From IMG/VR virus record IMGVR_UViG_2711768056_000012, positions 1 to 12,778 of that record: DNA of 12,778 nt. One strand, given 5' to 3'. This DNA is from a virus (Duplodnaviria > Heunggongvirae > Uroviricota > Caudoviricetes). Positions 1 through 7,096 of this stretch are shown here, piece by piece; positions within the stretch are counted from its first letter, which is position 1; each line of letters opens with the position of its first letter. Under the pieces are notes generated by a model, which was not told the DNA's origin, did no database searches, and saw only the letters and a list, made by a program, of their open reading frames with translations. Position numbers and translations under genes: made by a program.

Positions 1-192
1 TCAGGAGCATTTCTGATTAACGCCACCGTTAAGAATCCACCCTTCAACAGCTTCACGAAGGTATGATTTGGGGTGGGTTCTGACTGGCTTCGGAAATCCG
101 TGCCGTTTGGTATAGTTCCAGATTGTCTGACGTGATGAAACACCGAGCTTGTTCATCACTTCTTTCTCAGGAATCAGGCTGGTATCGGTCAT
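1..192 (-). CDS. Xis/AlpA-family small DNA-binding protein (putative excisionase), 63 aa
   Basis: Complete ORF with ATG at 192..190 and TGA at 3..1. GGAGA Shine-Dalgarno about 7 nt upstream. Translation has an AlpA/Xis-like pattern (GVSSRQTIWNYTKRHGFPKPV ... EGWI). Sits at the distal end of the leftward operon where lambdoid xis lies. Family assignment is from recall, not a search. Confidence 0.5.
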   Translation of the reverse strand: MTDTSLIPEKEVMNKLGVSSRQTIWNYTKRHGFPKPVRTHPKSYLREAVEGWILNGGVNQKCS

Positions 193-271
193 CTTAATTC
201 TCCAGGCAAAAATAAACCGCCATACAGCGGCTCTATCAGATATGAACAGGCCTCATCGAGTGTGAGGCGGG

Positions 272-616
272 TTAGTCCTTGCGTAGCTCGCTGATTCTTC
301 TGTAAGTCTCTGGTGCTTTGTTCCCGTACGTCTTCATTTCAGACTTCAACAGAGCAACGAGTGAATCCCATTCGTTGAGGATTCCTTTGAATGCCGGAAC
401 GCGCTTTGCAACCTTGTCGAATGAATCCCTGATTTCTGGGATCTGCTCAACAAGTGCAACGCATCGTCGGAAATCGGCTGCGTCATGTGGAGCGCCGAAG
501 TGATGACCATAGATATTCTTTTTCAGGCCACATGCGATTGAGGCAAGAGTTGCGCTACTGATGCCGACATCGCCAGTCGATTGCCATTTCAAAACCTTCA
601 TAGCCAAATCTGACAT
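272..616 (-). CDS. hypothetical phage protein, 114 aa (start taken at internal ATG 616)
   Basis: ORF-track frame 272..643. ATG at 616..614 is preceded by GGAGA (revcomp of 621..625) at good spacing. The longer 643 start would run into the upstream hairpin. No recognisable motif. Confidence 0.45.
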   Translation of the reverse strand: MSDLAMKVLKWQSTGDVGISSATLASIACGLKKNIYGHHFGAPHDAADFRRCVALVEQIPEIRDSFDKVAKRVPAFKGILNEWDSLVALLKSEMKTYGNKAPETYRRISELRKD

Positions 617-620
617 TTCT

Positions 621-652
621 TGTCTCCAATAAAAAACCGCCATCAGGCGGTT
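621..652 (-). terminator. putative intrinsic terminator (7-bp stem, 4-nt loop, T-tract) on leftward transcript
   Basis: Plus strand aaccgcc-atca-ggcggtt (635..652) preceded by an A-run at 627..634, so the minus-strand RNA has a hairpin followed by UUUUUUAUU. Sits between the 57-aa ORF and the 114-aa ORF. Confidence 0.4.
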
Positions 653-812
653 TGGTGTTCTTTCAGTTCTTCAATTTGAATATTGGTTACTTCTGCATGT
701 GCTATCTGCGCCCATATCATCCAGTGGTTATAGCAGTCATTGATGTCCTCTGCTTCGATAACTCTGTCGAATGGCTCTCCATTCCATTCACCTGTGACTC
801 GGAAGTGCATTT
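639..812 (-). CDS. small hypothetical protein, 57 aa (below ORF-track cutoff)
   Basis: Hand-translated: ATG 812..810 preceded by GGAGA at 6-nt spacing, giving MHFRVTGEWNGEPFDRVIEAEDINDCYNHWMIWAQIAHAEVTNIQIEELKEHQTA. Stop lies in the loop of the 635..652 hairpin. Confidence 0.3.
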
Positions 813-820
813 ATCATCTC

Positions 821-848
821 CATAAAACAAAACTCGCCGTAGCGAGTT
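821..848 (-). terminator. putative intrinsic terminator downstream of the AT-rich moron gene
   Basis: Plus strand aactcgc-cgta-gcgagtt (831..848) preceded by A-rich 821..830. On the minus strand this is a 7-bp stem hairpin followed by UUGUUUUAU. Confidence 0.45.
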
Positions 849-898
849 CAGATAAAAGAAATCCCCGCGAGTGCGAGGATAGTTACTTGTTCATATTA

Positions 899-1180
899 TT
901 AATCGTCAATGTATTTTGAGCATTGTGGGCAATCATCAATCCCACAATACGATTCATATGCATCCTTTATTGCGTCGCGGGCTTCAGTAAGAGTATTGAA
1001 TAAGTTGCAGCTATTATCTTTTTGATATAGGTAAGTTCCTAATTTATAAGCAGAAGAAGCATCATTTCCGCTGTCTAAAATTACATCGTTATGGATTCTG
1101 CACCTTGCAAGAACTCCTGATCCCATAAGGGTCTGCATAGCCCATTGCTCTTGATCTTCACACAAATCATGAATGCTCAT
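899..1180 (-). CDS. AT-rich moron: small Cys-containing hypothetical protein, 93 aa
   Basis: ORF-track frame 899..1198 begins at a GTG; the first ATG is 1180..1178 (MSIHDL...) with a GAGAGGTG SD-like sequence upstream. Local GC is visibly lower than the neighbours (a 60-nt hand count at 901..960 gave about 35% versus about 53% in a sample at 11041..11100). Flanked by an AT-rich upstream region (1199..1294) and a downstream hairpin terminator. C-terminus has C-x4-C-x2-C (YCGIDDCPQC). Confidence 0.5.
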   Translation of the reverse strand: MSIHDLCEDQEQWAMQTLMGSGVLARCRIHNDVILDSGNDASSAYKLGTYLYQKDNSCNLFNTLTEARDAIKDAYESYCGIDDCPQCSKYIDD

Positions 1181-1294
1181 TTCAACACCTCTCTTCACGT
1201 TTCACACACGTTAAGATTAACAGTGTTTTTACATGCTTTGGAAGATTTATTTTATAAAAACTCTTTTAATACAAATAGATATAATAGTTCACTA

Positions 1295-2122
1295 TTATAG
1301 CTCCTTTAATCGAGGCGGTTCTGGTAGTGGCATCCAGTGTGACGGCTCACATACCCCCTCAACACCATTCATGTAAAAGAATTGAAATAACCCTTTACCT
1401 TTGTGAAACCCTACCATCTGCTCTTTTGTGTCTGAGCAATAAACCAAAACATCTTCTTCGTTCGGCATTCGCTCACTACAGCTTATCCAACCATCCGGAG
1501 TTACCGGAGAGTTGCCATTCACAAGGTCAGCTCGAACATATAGCGTGTCATCATGGTGCTGATTGTGGCTGCACCACGTTAATTCGCTTAACTCGCCATC
1601 TTCTGGCCATACTCCAGCCGTTTGCAGCCAGATATGGGCTGGCGCATCTTTGCAAGGTGTATTAACTGGCAACTTGTAAGTTTGGCTTACAGGTTCGGCA
1701 CCATGAAGCATGGCGTCGCTCCGCTCTATGCCATCCAGCGCGATTCGCAGTGCATGAATTGTGGTAGAGCTATCGTTTGGGGCTATTCCATATCGCTCGA
1801 ATACAGCTAAATGGTTGCGCATAATCTCAGGCGTAAGCTCTTTGTAAGCATAAGCAAGAGGCTCTGATGCATTATCCGGCACAACCGACGCAGGCGCGGC
1901 AGCATAAACAGGAATAACGTCCGGTTGCTCTTTATTGCTTTCATCCGTTAAAGCCCAGAATAATTTTCCAGCCGGATGTTTGAAAATATAAGCAACTGGA
2001 TCTGCTTCCAGCGATGCCAGTGCAATTTCATAAGCCCGGCGTTCAATATTGTCTCGAACGTCCAGGCTGCTGATACGCTCTTTGATTTCTTTAATCAGTT
2101 CTTTGTCGGTGAAAGTGGTCAT
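1295..2122 (-). CDS. phage protein with C-terminal DUF551-like domain, 275 aa
   Basis: ORF-track frame 1295..2245. Start taken at ATG 2122..2120 (MTTFTDKELIKEI...), preceded by AAAGGAGAG and abutting the upstream gene stop (TGA-T-ATG). The C-terminal stretch DGWISCSERMPNEEDVLVY...GFHKGKGLFQFFYMNGVEGVCEPSHWMPLPEPP resembles the DUF551 domain common in enterobacterial prophage early-left genes (recalled). Confidence 0.55.
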   Translation of the reverse strand: MTTFTDKELIKEIKERISSLDVRDNIERRAYEIALASLEADPVAYIFKHPAGKLFWALTDESNKEQPDVIPVYAAAPASVVPDNASEPLAYAYKELTPEIMRNHLAVFERYGIAPNDSSTTIHALRIALDGIERSDAMLHGAEPVSQTYKLPVNTPCKDAPAHIWLQTAGVWPEDGELSELTWCSHNQHHDDTLYVRADLVNGNSPVTPDGWISCSERMPNEEDVLVYCSDTKEQMVGFHKGKGLFQFFYMNGVEGVCEPSHWMPLPEPPRLKEL

Positions 2123-2123
2123 A

Positions 2124-2732
2124 TCACTCTCCTTTAATGCGAATGCCAGCGGCGCGGATAGATTTCCATTGTTTCCACATTCGGTTGAAGTCTGTGCCTG
2201 ATAAGGTTGCGTTACGGTATCCAGTTTCAGTACGCAATCCTTCAAGCGTCGATTTGGAGATACAAATTGAATGCATTACCCATGATTCAAACAAATCACG
2301 CTCCCGGGCTTCGCAACTTTGCTTACTCATCTCTTCGATACGTTCAGCCATCGCAGCACACTCTTCAAAGTTGCTTAATGCTTTTCGCTCCCATTCGGCG
2401 CATTGTTTTCCAAGCTCTGCAATCAGCTTGTCTTTGCCTTCCAGCTCAACACGCAGCTTCCCTACCGTTAGCGCAATATCCTCGTTCTCTTGGTCGCGGC
2501 GTTTGATGTATTGCTGGTTCCTTTCCCGTTCATCCAGTAGTGCCAAAGCAACCTTTGGATTAAAGGCAGCAATAAATTCAGCGTTGTTTTTCAGAACGTG
2601 TTGCGCAATGGCCTGACTACTTAGTCGGACCTCATAACCACGTGCGCCACGGTGTGGTTTATATGAGTCCCAGTCTCCCCACGTTGCTTTCTCTGCCGCC
2701 TCACGCAGTGCCTGGTAATTAATTTTGGTCAT
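2124..2732 (-). CDS. hypothetical phage protein, 202 aa, coiled-coil-rich (possibly Ea22-like)
   Basis: ORF 2124..2732, ATG 2732..2730. Stop abuts the next gene start. The central region is charged and heptad-like (LALLDERERNQQYIKRRDQENEDIALTVGKLRVELEGKDKLIAELGKQ). Ea22-like assignment is tentative. Confidence 0.5.
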   Translation of the reverse strand: MTKINYQALREAAEKATWGDWDSYKPHRGARGYEVRLSSQAIAQHVLKNNAEFIAAFNPKVALALLDERERNQQYIKRRDQENEDIALTVGKLRVELEGKDKLIAELGKQCAEWERKALSNFEECAAMAERIEEMSKQSCEARERDLFESWVMHSICISKSTLEGLRTETGYRNATLSGTDFNRMWKQWKSIRAAGIRIKGE

Positions 2733-2733
2733 A

Positions 2734-3033
2734 TCACATCACCCTGAAGCCGTTGCATTTACGTAAGAAATCGCAGATATAGCCTTTCATTTTTTCATGC
2801 CAATCTCGATCATTCCCATTGCACCAACCATCAGGTGGAGTCCAGTTTTCTATCAGAGCAGCCATTTTCTTTGCTTTCGCCGGAGTAGCTGTTGCGGTAT
2901 CGCAGTAATGACGAGTGTTAACCAACGCATCCATACCATCGATATCAAGTACGCAAAACCATGTGTGATTCGGCATTTCAACAGATGGTATTTGTTGCCC
3001 ACGTCGACGTTTATCAATAAGACATACAGTCAT
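2734..3033 (-). CDS. hypothetical protein, 99 aa
   Basis: ORF 2734..3033. Its ATG (3033..3031) overlaps the TGA (3032..3030) of the upstream gene in an ATGA arrangement, suggesting translational coupling. No recognised motif. Confidence 0.5.
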   Translation of the reverse strand: MTVCLIDKRRRGQQIPSVEMPNHTWFCVLDIDGMDALVNTRHYCDTATATPAKAKKMAALIENWTPPDGWCNGNDRDWHEKMKGYICDFLRKCNGFRVM

Positions 3034-3656
3034 GGTTCCACCTTCTCTATTTGCTTAAGACCGTCTCTCACTGCATTAAGTACGCGTTCCAGATACTGGT
3101 ATTTCGGGTTTGGTACCGTTGGCCAGTCGGCATACCACGGATCATCACCAAAGAGATTCAGCAGTTTGTTACCGACGCCGAAACAACAGCAGCTTTCTTT
3201 TACGTCATCGGCGTTTTCCGCCTCGTCCCACATTTCGCGAGCCTGTACCGCGTCGATTTCTCTCTCTCTTCGTAACTTTATGATTTCTGACTTCACGAAA
3301 AGCAGATTTGCATCGTTGTCATCGTCGACCGTGCTTCGCAGTTGAGGTTCGAAATAGCCGATTAGATACTCGTTGCTGACCCGCTTAATGAACGTCTGCA
3401 CATCATCACCGCCCATAGCAAACCAAGCCGCAGTCCACGCTTTTCCGTAGCAGGTGATGGTGATTCTTCCCTTACCAGGTTCGTAGTTTTCAATCATCAC
3501 TCGAACCGGATCTAGTCGCTCTGCACCGGTTATAACGAATGACAACACATCAATCTTTTCAACCGTTACACTCACTGTTTGCCTCCTTTGCTCGCTGATT
3601 CCACTCTGCTCTAACCTCTGAATAAAAAATCGCGCAGTCATTTCCAGGAGCTGCAT
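3030..3656 (-). CDS. hypothetical protein (about 208 aa; start uncertain)
   Basis: ORF-track frame 3030..3767 overlaps the Lar-like gene for over 200 nt at its 5' end. Candidate ATGs at 3656 and 3641 have only weak SDs; an in-frame GTG at 3548 just after the Lar stop is also possible. Contains an acidic patch (STVDDDNDANLLF) and a CCC motif. Confidence 0.45.
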   Translation of the reverse strand: MQLLEMTARFFIQRLEQSGISEQRRQTVSVTVEKIDVLSFVITGAERLDPVRVMIENYEPGKGRITITCYGKAWTAAWFAMGGDDVQTFIKRVSNEYLIGYFEPQLRSTVDDDNDANLLFVKSEIIKLRREREIDAVQAREMWDEAENADDVKESCCCFGVGNKLLNLFGDDPWYADWPTVPNPKYQYLERVLNAVRDGLKQIEKVEP

Positions 3657-3795
3657 ATTTGCTACCAGATTGAGCGCGACACGTACCGCATCGAACGAAA
3701 TAGAATCGACCGCCAGAGCCATATTCAGGGTGATCTGCTTCGCTGGCAACGTGCGCTGCACCGCCACAGAATGGACATGGTAGTAGGTTGCTCAT
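3559..3795 (-). CDS. lar: Lar-family restriction-alleviation-like protein, 78 aa
   Basis: Start taken at ATG 3795..3793 ([16 protein letters not shown]...), which overlaps the TGA of the upstream 186-aa gene (ATGA). The CPFCGG ... RCGTCRAQ zinc-ribbon-like pattern matches what I recall for the Lar family (Rac prophage Lar). Confidence 0.5.
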   Translation of the reverse strand: MSNLLPCPFCGGAAHVASEADHPEYGSGGRFYFVRCGTCRAQSGSKYAAPGNDCAIFYSEVRAEWNQRAKEANSECNG

Positions 3796-4352
3796 GAATG
3801 CACTCCCTTGTGAAGCTGTTCCGCACAATGCAGCAGGGCGTCAGTCGCCTCTTTCACCGTAACGCAGTCGCCATCGTCCAGCCCGGACACCGACGCGTGC
3901 TTAACGAACGCCGCGCAAAGGTCATCAAACGCCTTAGCCCGGACTTCAGTCAGGAAAGCATCGGTGGCTGGGGTGTCTGATTGTATATACTTTGCGCGAT
4001 AGTCATTCCACCCTCTTGCATACATGGGATTAACTTGCACTCCATCTTTTACGCAATATGCCTGCCCTCCACGGTTGATAACCTTGATTTCGTCCATAGC
4101 GCCAGACTTCAGACCCGCATTCTCCGCTGCCAGTGCCGAAAACTTCTCGTGTGCCAACTTAACAGCCGAATCAGCCTGCTTAATTGACTCAATCGCTTTC
4201 TGTTGGTCTTCGGCCAGCGCCAAAATCTTGGCCTCCGCTTCAGCAAATTTACGCACCAGATATTCAGCGTTTGTTTCGTTAACCTTTAAATCTCGTGGGA
4301 TGCATTTACCTTTCAGAAAACCATCCATCTCAATTAGTGACATTTGTTTCAT
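3792..4352 (-). CDS. hypothetical phage protein, 186 aa, N-terminal coiled-coil
   Basis: ORF 3792..4352. ATG 4352..4350 overlaps the TGA of the upstream small ORF (ATGA). N-terminal half is alanine/glutamate-rich and helical-looking ([45 protein letters not shown]). Confidence 0.55.
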   Translation of the reverse strand: MKQMSLIEMDGFLKGKCIPRDLKVNETNAEYLVRKFAEAEAKILALAEDQQKAIESIKQADSAVKLAHEKFSALAAENAGLKSGAMDEIKVINRGGQAYCVKDGVQVNPMYARGWNDYRAKYIQSDTPATDAFLTEVRAKAFDDLCAAFVKHASVSGLDDGDCVTVKEATDALLHCAEQLHKGVHS

Positions 4353-4513
4353 TTCTTCCCACTCCGCAACATCGCATTAAGATATTTGTTGTCATTAACA
4401 GAACCGAAACTATTTCTCTTAAGCAATTCCTCTCTCGATGGCATTGGCTTTACGCGTTGGCGAATAATCATTTCTGCCGGAAGAATGCCGGGATTGTATG
4501 CAAGTCCTCTCAT
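4349..4513 (-). CDS. small hypothetical protein, 54 aa (start uncertain)
   Basis: Frame of the 4349..4663 ORF. The internal ATG at 4513..4511 (MRGLAYNPG...) is preceded by GAGGAA and avoids overlap with the 97-aa gene. Its stop overlaps the downstream ATG. Confidence 0.3.
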   Translation of the reverse strand: MRGLAYNPGILPAEMIIRQRVKPMPSREELLKRNSFGSVNDNKYLNAMLRSGKK

Positions 4514-4523
4514 GGTAAATTCC

Positions 4524-4817
4524 TCAGTCATTACTGATAGCGCCATAGCGTGAGCGGTAATTACGCAGTCGCGGGTCAATTTCAGGGAAGTGGGTATATG
4601 TGGCTTTGCGGAATGGTCGGATTGATGTCTGGTAAATTCGCTCGCGTTCTTCTTTCTCTGCAAGCCATATACAATGGCGAAATTCCTTTTCCTCTTTCGT
4701 TTCCTGCGGTAGCGACATTATCAGGTCGTAGTTTTTTCTGAATTTATCCAGCACCTCCGATACGGAATTGCCGGAACAGCGGCGCGGGTCATCCGCACCA
4801 TACTGAGGCGCTGGCAT
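4524..4817 (-). CDS. hypothetical protein, 97 aa
   Basis: ORF 4524..4817 with ATG 4817..4815 preceded by a strong AGGAGAAAAT SD, immediately downstream of ssb. Charged and Arg-rich, no recognised motif. Confidence 0.5.
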   Translation of the reverse strand: MPAPQYGADDPRRCSGNSVSEVLDKFRKNYDLIMSLPQETKEEKEFRHCIWLAEKEERERIYQTSIRPFRKATYTHFPEIDPRLRNYRSRYGAISND

Positions 4818-4830
4818 GATTTTCTCCTGA

Positions 4831-5337
4831 TTAAATTGCGTGAATAGCGTGACGAGGGAAGGGGAGAGTTACTGGTGCAAAGGGTATATCGTCGTCAAAA
4901 TCCATCGGAGGTTCGTTGTGTTGTGCTGGTGATGATTGCTGCTGTGGCTTCTGTGATTGCCTGCTGGCTGCTTGTTGTTTGCTGTCGCCAATGCCGCCAA
5001 GCATCTGCATCACGCCATTAATTCCGACATGAACCTCGGTTGTGTAACGGTCTTGCCCTGACTGGTCTTTCCACTTTCTGGTTCTCAGCATTCCCTCGAA
5101 ATAAATCTGATCACCTTTTTTCACATACTGCCCCACGACCTCAGCCAGTTTCCCGGATACAGCAACACGATGCCATTCAGTCAATTCCTTTTGCTCGCCA
5201 GTATTTTTATCTCGCCATTGTTCTGACGTGGCTATTGTCAGGTTAGCGAACGCTGTTCCTGATGGTGAGTATCGAACTTCCGGGTCTTGTCCTACCCGAC
5301 CAAGGATAATCACCTTATTTACGCCTCTGCTTGCCAT
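4831..5337 (-). CDS. ssb: single-stranded DNA-binding protein (SSB), 168 aa
   Basis: Translation has a typical SSB OB-fold N-terminus ([44 protein letters not shown]...), a Gln/Pro/Gly-rich linker and the acidic C-terminal tail ending in DFDDDIPF, characteristic of bacterial and phage SSBs. Confidence 0.9.
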   Translation of the reverse strand: MASRGVNKVIILGRVGQDPEVRYSPSGTAFANLTIATSEQWRDKNTGEQKELTEWHRVAVSGKLAEVVGQYVKKGDQIYFEGMLRTRKWKDQSGQDRYTTEVHVGINGVMQMLGGIGDSKQQAASRQSQKPQQQSSPAQHNEPPMDFDDDIPFAPVTLPFPRHAIHAI

Positions 5338-6045
5338 TTATGCCGCCTGTTTTAGTTCGTTAACTCTGATGTTCATTACCTGAACGCATTTAGCCTGCGC
5401 TTCCTCGTTGCCAGCCATTAATTGCCAGTCACGCTGATAACGCTCGATGAGTTTTTTCTTATCAGTTTCTTTCGATGCATAATCGCTGAAGTCTTTCAGG
5501 ATTTGTTCGCAGTCAACCGATGGAGATTTCTGGTTGGTATTTTCTGGTGATGGTTTGTTATCTGATGCTGGGATTGCCCAGCCGGGCAGCGTTGGAGGGA
5601 GCCAGTAAAACCCTGTTCCATCCTTCAGTTTTGCCCTGTGCCACCCCTGCTTTTTATCGAGAGATGTTTGTGCGAAACCTTCCTCAAGGTTATACAGATA
5701 CCGACCGATTCCCCATTGAACGGCAGCGCGCTTCATTGCACCGGAACGACCACCTTTGACGGCTTCTACTTGCGTGTTTTCAGCAGCATCCCATTTGGTT
5801 ACCCATTCGGAATCAATCTTGATTGATATGCCGCATTCAACTCCGCCGTTGTTGGGAATATCGCGGTATTCATTGCGCCATCCTGCTTTGCCGCAAACAT
5901 CGTCCAGGCGTTTCATGATTGCCCTGTTCGTGACATAAGCCAGCACCATAGCCCACACTTTTCCATCGCGTGTTTTACCGCTTTGCTGTATTCGCCATTC
6001 GATATCTTCAGGGCTGAATGGCTCATCGAATTTATTCAAATCCAT
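5338..6045 (-). CDS. Rad52-like single-strand annealing protein (Sak-type recombinase), 235 aa
   Basis: ORF 5338..6045 with ATG 6045..6043 and a GAGGTG SD. Stop TAA directly abuts the ssb ATG. The motif VKGGRSGAMKRAAVQWGIGRYLY resembles the conserved core of phage Rad52/Sak-family proteins (recalled). Occupies the position of lambda bet. Confidence 0.6.
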   Translation of the reverse strand: MDLNKFDEPFSPEDIEWRIQQSGKTRDGKVWAMVLAYVTNRAIMKRLDDVCGKAGWRNEYRDIPNNGGVECGISIKIDSEWVTKWDAAENTQVEAVKGGRSGAMKRAAVQWGIGRYLYNLEEGFAQTSLDKKQGWHRAKLKDGTGFYWLPPTLPGWAIPASDNKPSPENTNQKSPSVDCEQILKDFSDYASKETDKKKLIERYQRDWQLMAGNEEAQAKCVQVMNIRVNELKQAA

Positions 6046-6144
6046 AATTCACCTCAGAATGGACATGGCCCAAGGAAATAACGCTGGTTTAATACTTCGA
6101 CTCTGGACAAATTAAGGCATACCCGCATTCCTTCGCGGTCACCA

Positions 6145-6303
6145 TTATGGCGATACCAGAGAGCTTTCTGCGTGTACATGCGTCTCTGTAACTTGCTCTC
6201 CTTCACTGTGGTTGCAAGTAACATGAATATCTCCTTCGTTACCGATTAATTCTTTCATCTGACGAATGAATTCTTCGTCTGACCAGTTATCTGTAAAACT
6301 CAT
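6145..6303 (-). CDS. possible small ORF, 52 aa (speculative)
   Basis: Hand-translated from ATG 6303..6301, which overlaps the TGA of the Kil-like ORF: MSFTDNWSDEEFIRQMKELIGNEGDIHVTCNHSEGEQVTETHVHAESSLVSP. SD is too close to be convincing; expression would depend on coupling. Confidence 0.2.
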   Translation of the reverse strand: MSFTDNWSDEEFIRQMKELIGNEGDIHVTCNHSEGEQVTETHVHAESSLVSP

Positions 6304-6452
6304 TTCCTGCGATACCACGGAAGGTTGATAGCTGATTTCATCGCTTTATTTGCTTCAAGCCACATTTTTGAATCACCAATAAATCTGGCTATTACTGCTT
6401 TGTTCTGTGCAGCACGAAGCATCTGGTGATTAATGGCTATTTCATTGCGCAT
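6300..6452 (-). CDS. Kil-like small protein candidate, 50 aa (below ORF-track cutoff)
   Basis: Hand-translated from ATG 6452..6450, preceded by GGAGGCGTT at 5-nt spacing: MRNEIAINHQMLRAAQNKAVIARFIGDSKMWLEANKAMKSAINLPWYRRK. Lies immediately distal to cIII, where lambda has kil, and is of similar size. Assignment is by position and size only. Confidence 0.4.
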   Translation of the reverse strand: MRNEIAINHQMLRAAQNKAVIARFIGDSKMWLEANKAMKSAINLPWYRRK

Positions 6453-6571
6453 AACGCCTCCAGTTGTTTCTTTGCTGCTCTGATTAATTGTTTAACTCGG
6501 CGTGATAATTCAGATTCGTGCGGGTAGAAAGCGGACATGACGCCGCTACCCGCGAGCTGAAAGTGCATCAT
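6437..6571 (-). CDS. cIII: CIII-like protein (protects CII from FtsH), 44 aa
   Basis: Internal ATG 6571..6569 of the 6437..6676 ORF is preceded by TAAGGAG at 6-nt spacing. The product MMHFQLAGSGVMSAFYPHESELSRRVKQLIRAAKKQLEALCAMK resembles lambda CIII as I recall it (AIAG...SESLLERITRKL...). The longer 79-aa form would span a terminator hairpin. Confidence 0.65.
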   Translation of the reverse strand: MMHFQLAGSGVMSAFYPHESELSRRVKQLIRAAKKQLEALCAMK

Positions 6572-6635
6572 GGGTAACTCCTTATATTTGATTGCATAAC
6601 GAAAACGCCTCGAGTGAAGCGTTATTGGTATGCAT

Positions 6636-6661
6636 ATAAAAAAGCCCTCACACTGGAGGGC
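6636..6661 (-). terminator. putative intrinsic terminator upstream of cIII (tL1-like)
   Basis: Plus strand A-run 6637..6643, then gccctc-acactg-gagggc (6644..6661). On the minus-strand RNA this is a 6-bp GC-rich hairpin followed by UUUUUUAU. Confidence 0.5.
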
Positions 6662-6723
6662 AAAGAAGATTTCCAATAATCAGAACAAGTCGGCTCCTGT
6701 TTAGTTACGAGCGACATTGCTCC

Positions 6724-6751
6724 GTGTATTCACTCGTTGGAATGAATACAC
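6724..6751. repeat. 9-bp inverted repeat (GTGTATTCA ... TGAATACAC) in the leftward transcript
   Basis: gtgtattca at 6724..6732 and its reverse complement tgaatacac at 6743..6751, separated by 10 nt. Intergenic, between the 80-aa ORF and the tL1-like terminator. Confidence 0.4.
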
Positions 6752-6789
6752 AGTGCAGTGTTTATTCTGTTGCTTATTCCAAAGCAAAT

Positions 6790-7032
6790 TTAACCATCAA
6801 CAAACTCTTCTGGTAATTTATCAACTATTTGATGACTTATTATCAGCCATTTGCCATCCTTCGTTTCGTATGCATATTTCTGGTCTTTTATCATCAGGTG
6901 TTCGGCTACTGCCTTAACTGCTTGCTCGGTGACATCTTCTTTCTTTCCTACCCACATTCCTTTTTCAGTGTTTAATGTTCCTTGAAAAATACGACCGCTT
7001 AATGGGCTTGCGCCCATAGTTTTTACTCTCAT
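6790..7032 (-). CDS. hypothetical protein, 80 aa
   Basis: ORF 6790..7032. Weak SD; start could alternatively be the ATG five codons in. Lys/Glu-rich. In the lambda ral/ea10 neighbourhood by position only. Confidence 0.45.
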   Translation of the reverse strand: MRVKTMGASPLSGRIFQGTLNTEKGMWVGKKEDVTEQAVKAVAEHLMIKDQKYAYETKDGKWLIISHQIVDKLPEEFVDG

Positions 7033-7096
7033 GTATCAGCTCTCAAATAATTGGTTTGCTGCCAAAACAATGAACCATCCGGAAATTCCAGATAGT

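Noticed and set aside
205-235. Hairpin-like aaaccgcc ... gcgg element upstream of the Xis-like gene, similar in sequence to the 635..652 hairpin
   Set aside because: The stem is only 4 to 5 bp, so terminator function is doubtful. Noted only because of its resemblance to the stronger hairpin at 635..652.
2123-2245. N-terminal extension of the DUF551 gene (316-aa version) overlapping the upstream gene by about 120 nt
   Set aside because: The internal ATG at 2122 has a strong SD and abuts the upstream stop. The long overlap is unlikely in such a tightly packed operon.
1327-3345. Plus-strand ORFs antisense to the leftward operon (1327..1665, 1622..1810, 2137..2616, 2207..2506, 2797..3345, 3051..3275 and similar further right to 5938)
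   Set aside because: All lie entirely within better-supported minus-strand genes, have Ser/Leu/Arg-rich low-complexity translations typical of antisense frames, and lack SDs.
3796-3828. N-terminal extension of the Lar-like ORF (89-aa version)
   Set aside because: The ATG at 3795 forms an ATGA overlap with the upstream stop and begins the product at [12 protein letters not shown], typical of the family. The extension overlaps the upstream gene.
6572-6676. N-terminal extension of the cIII ORF (79-aa version)
   Set aside because: The extension spans the tL1-like hairpin and U-tract and lacks an SD. The internal ATG at 6571 has a strong SD and gives a lambda-like CIII.
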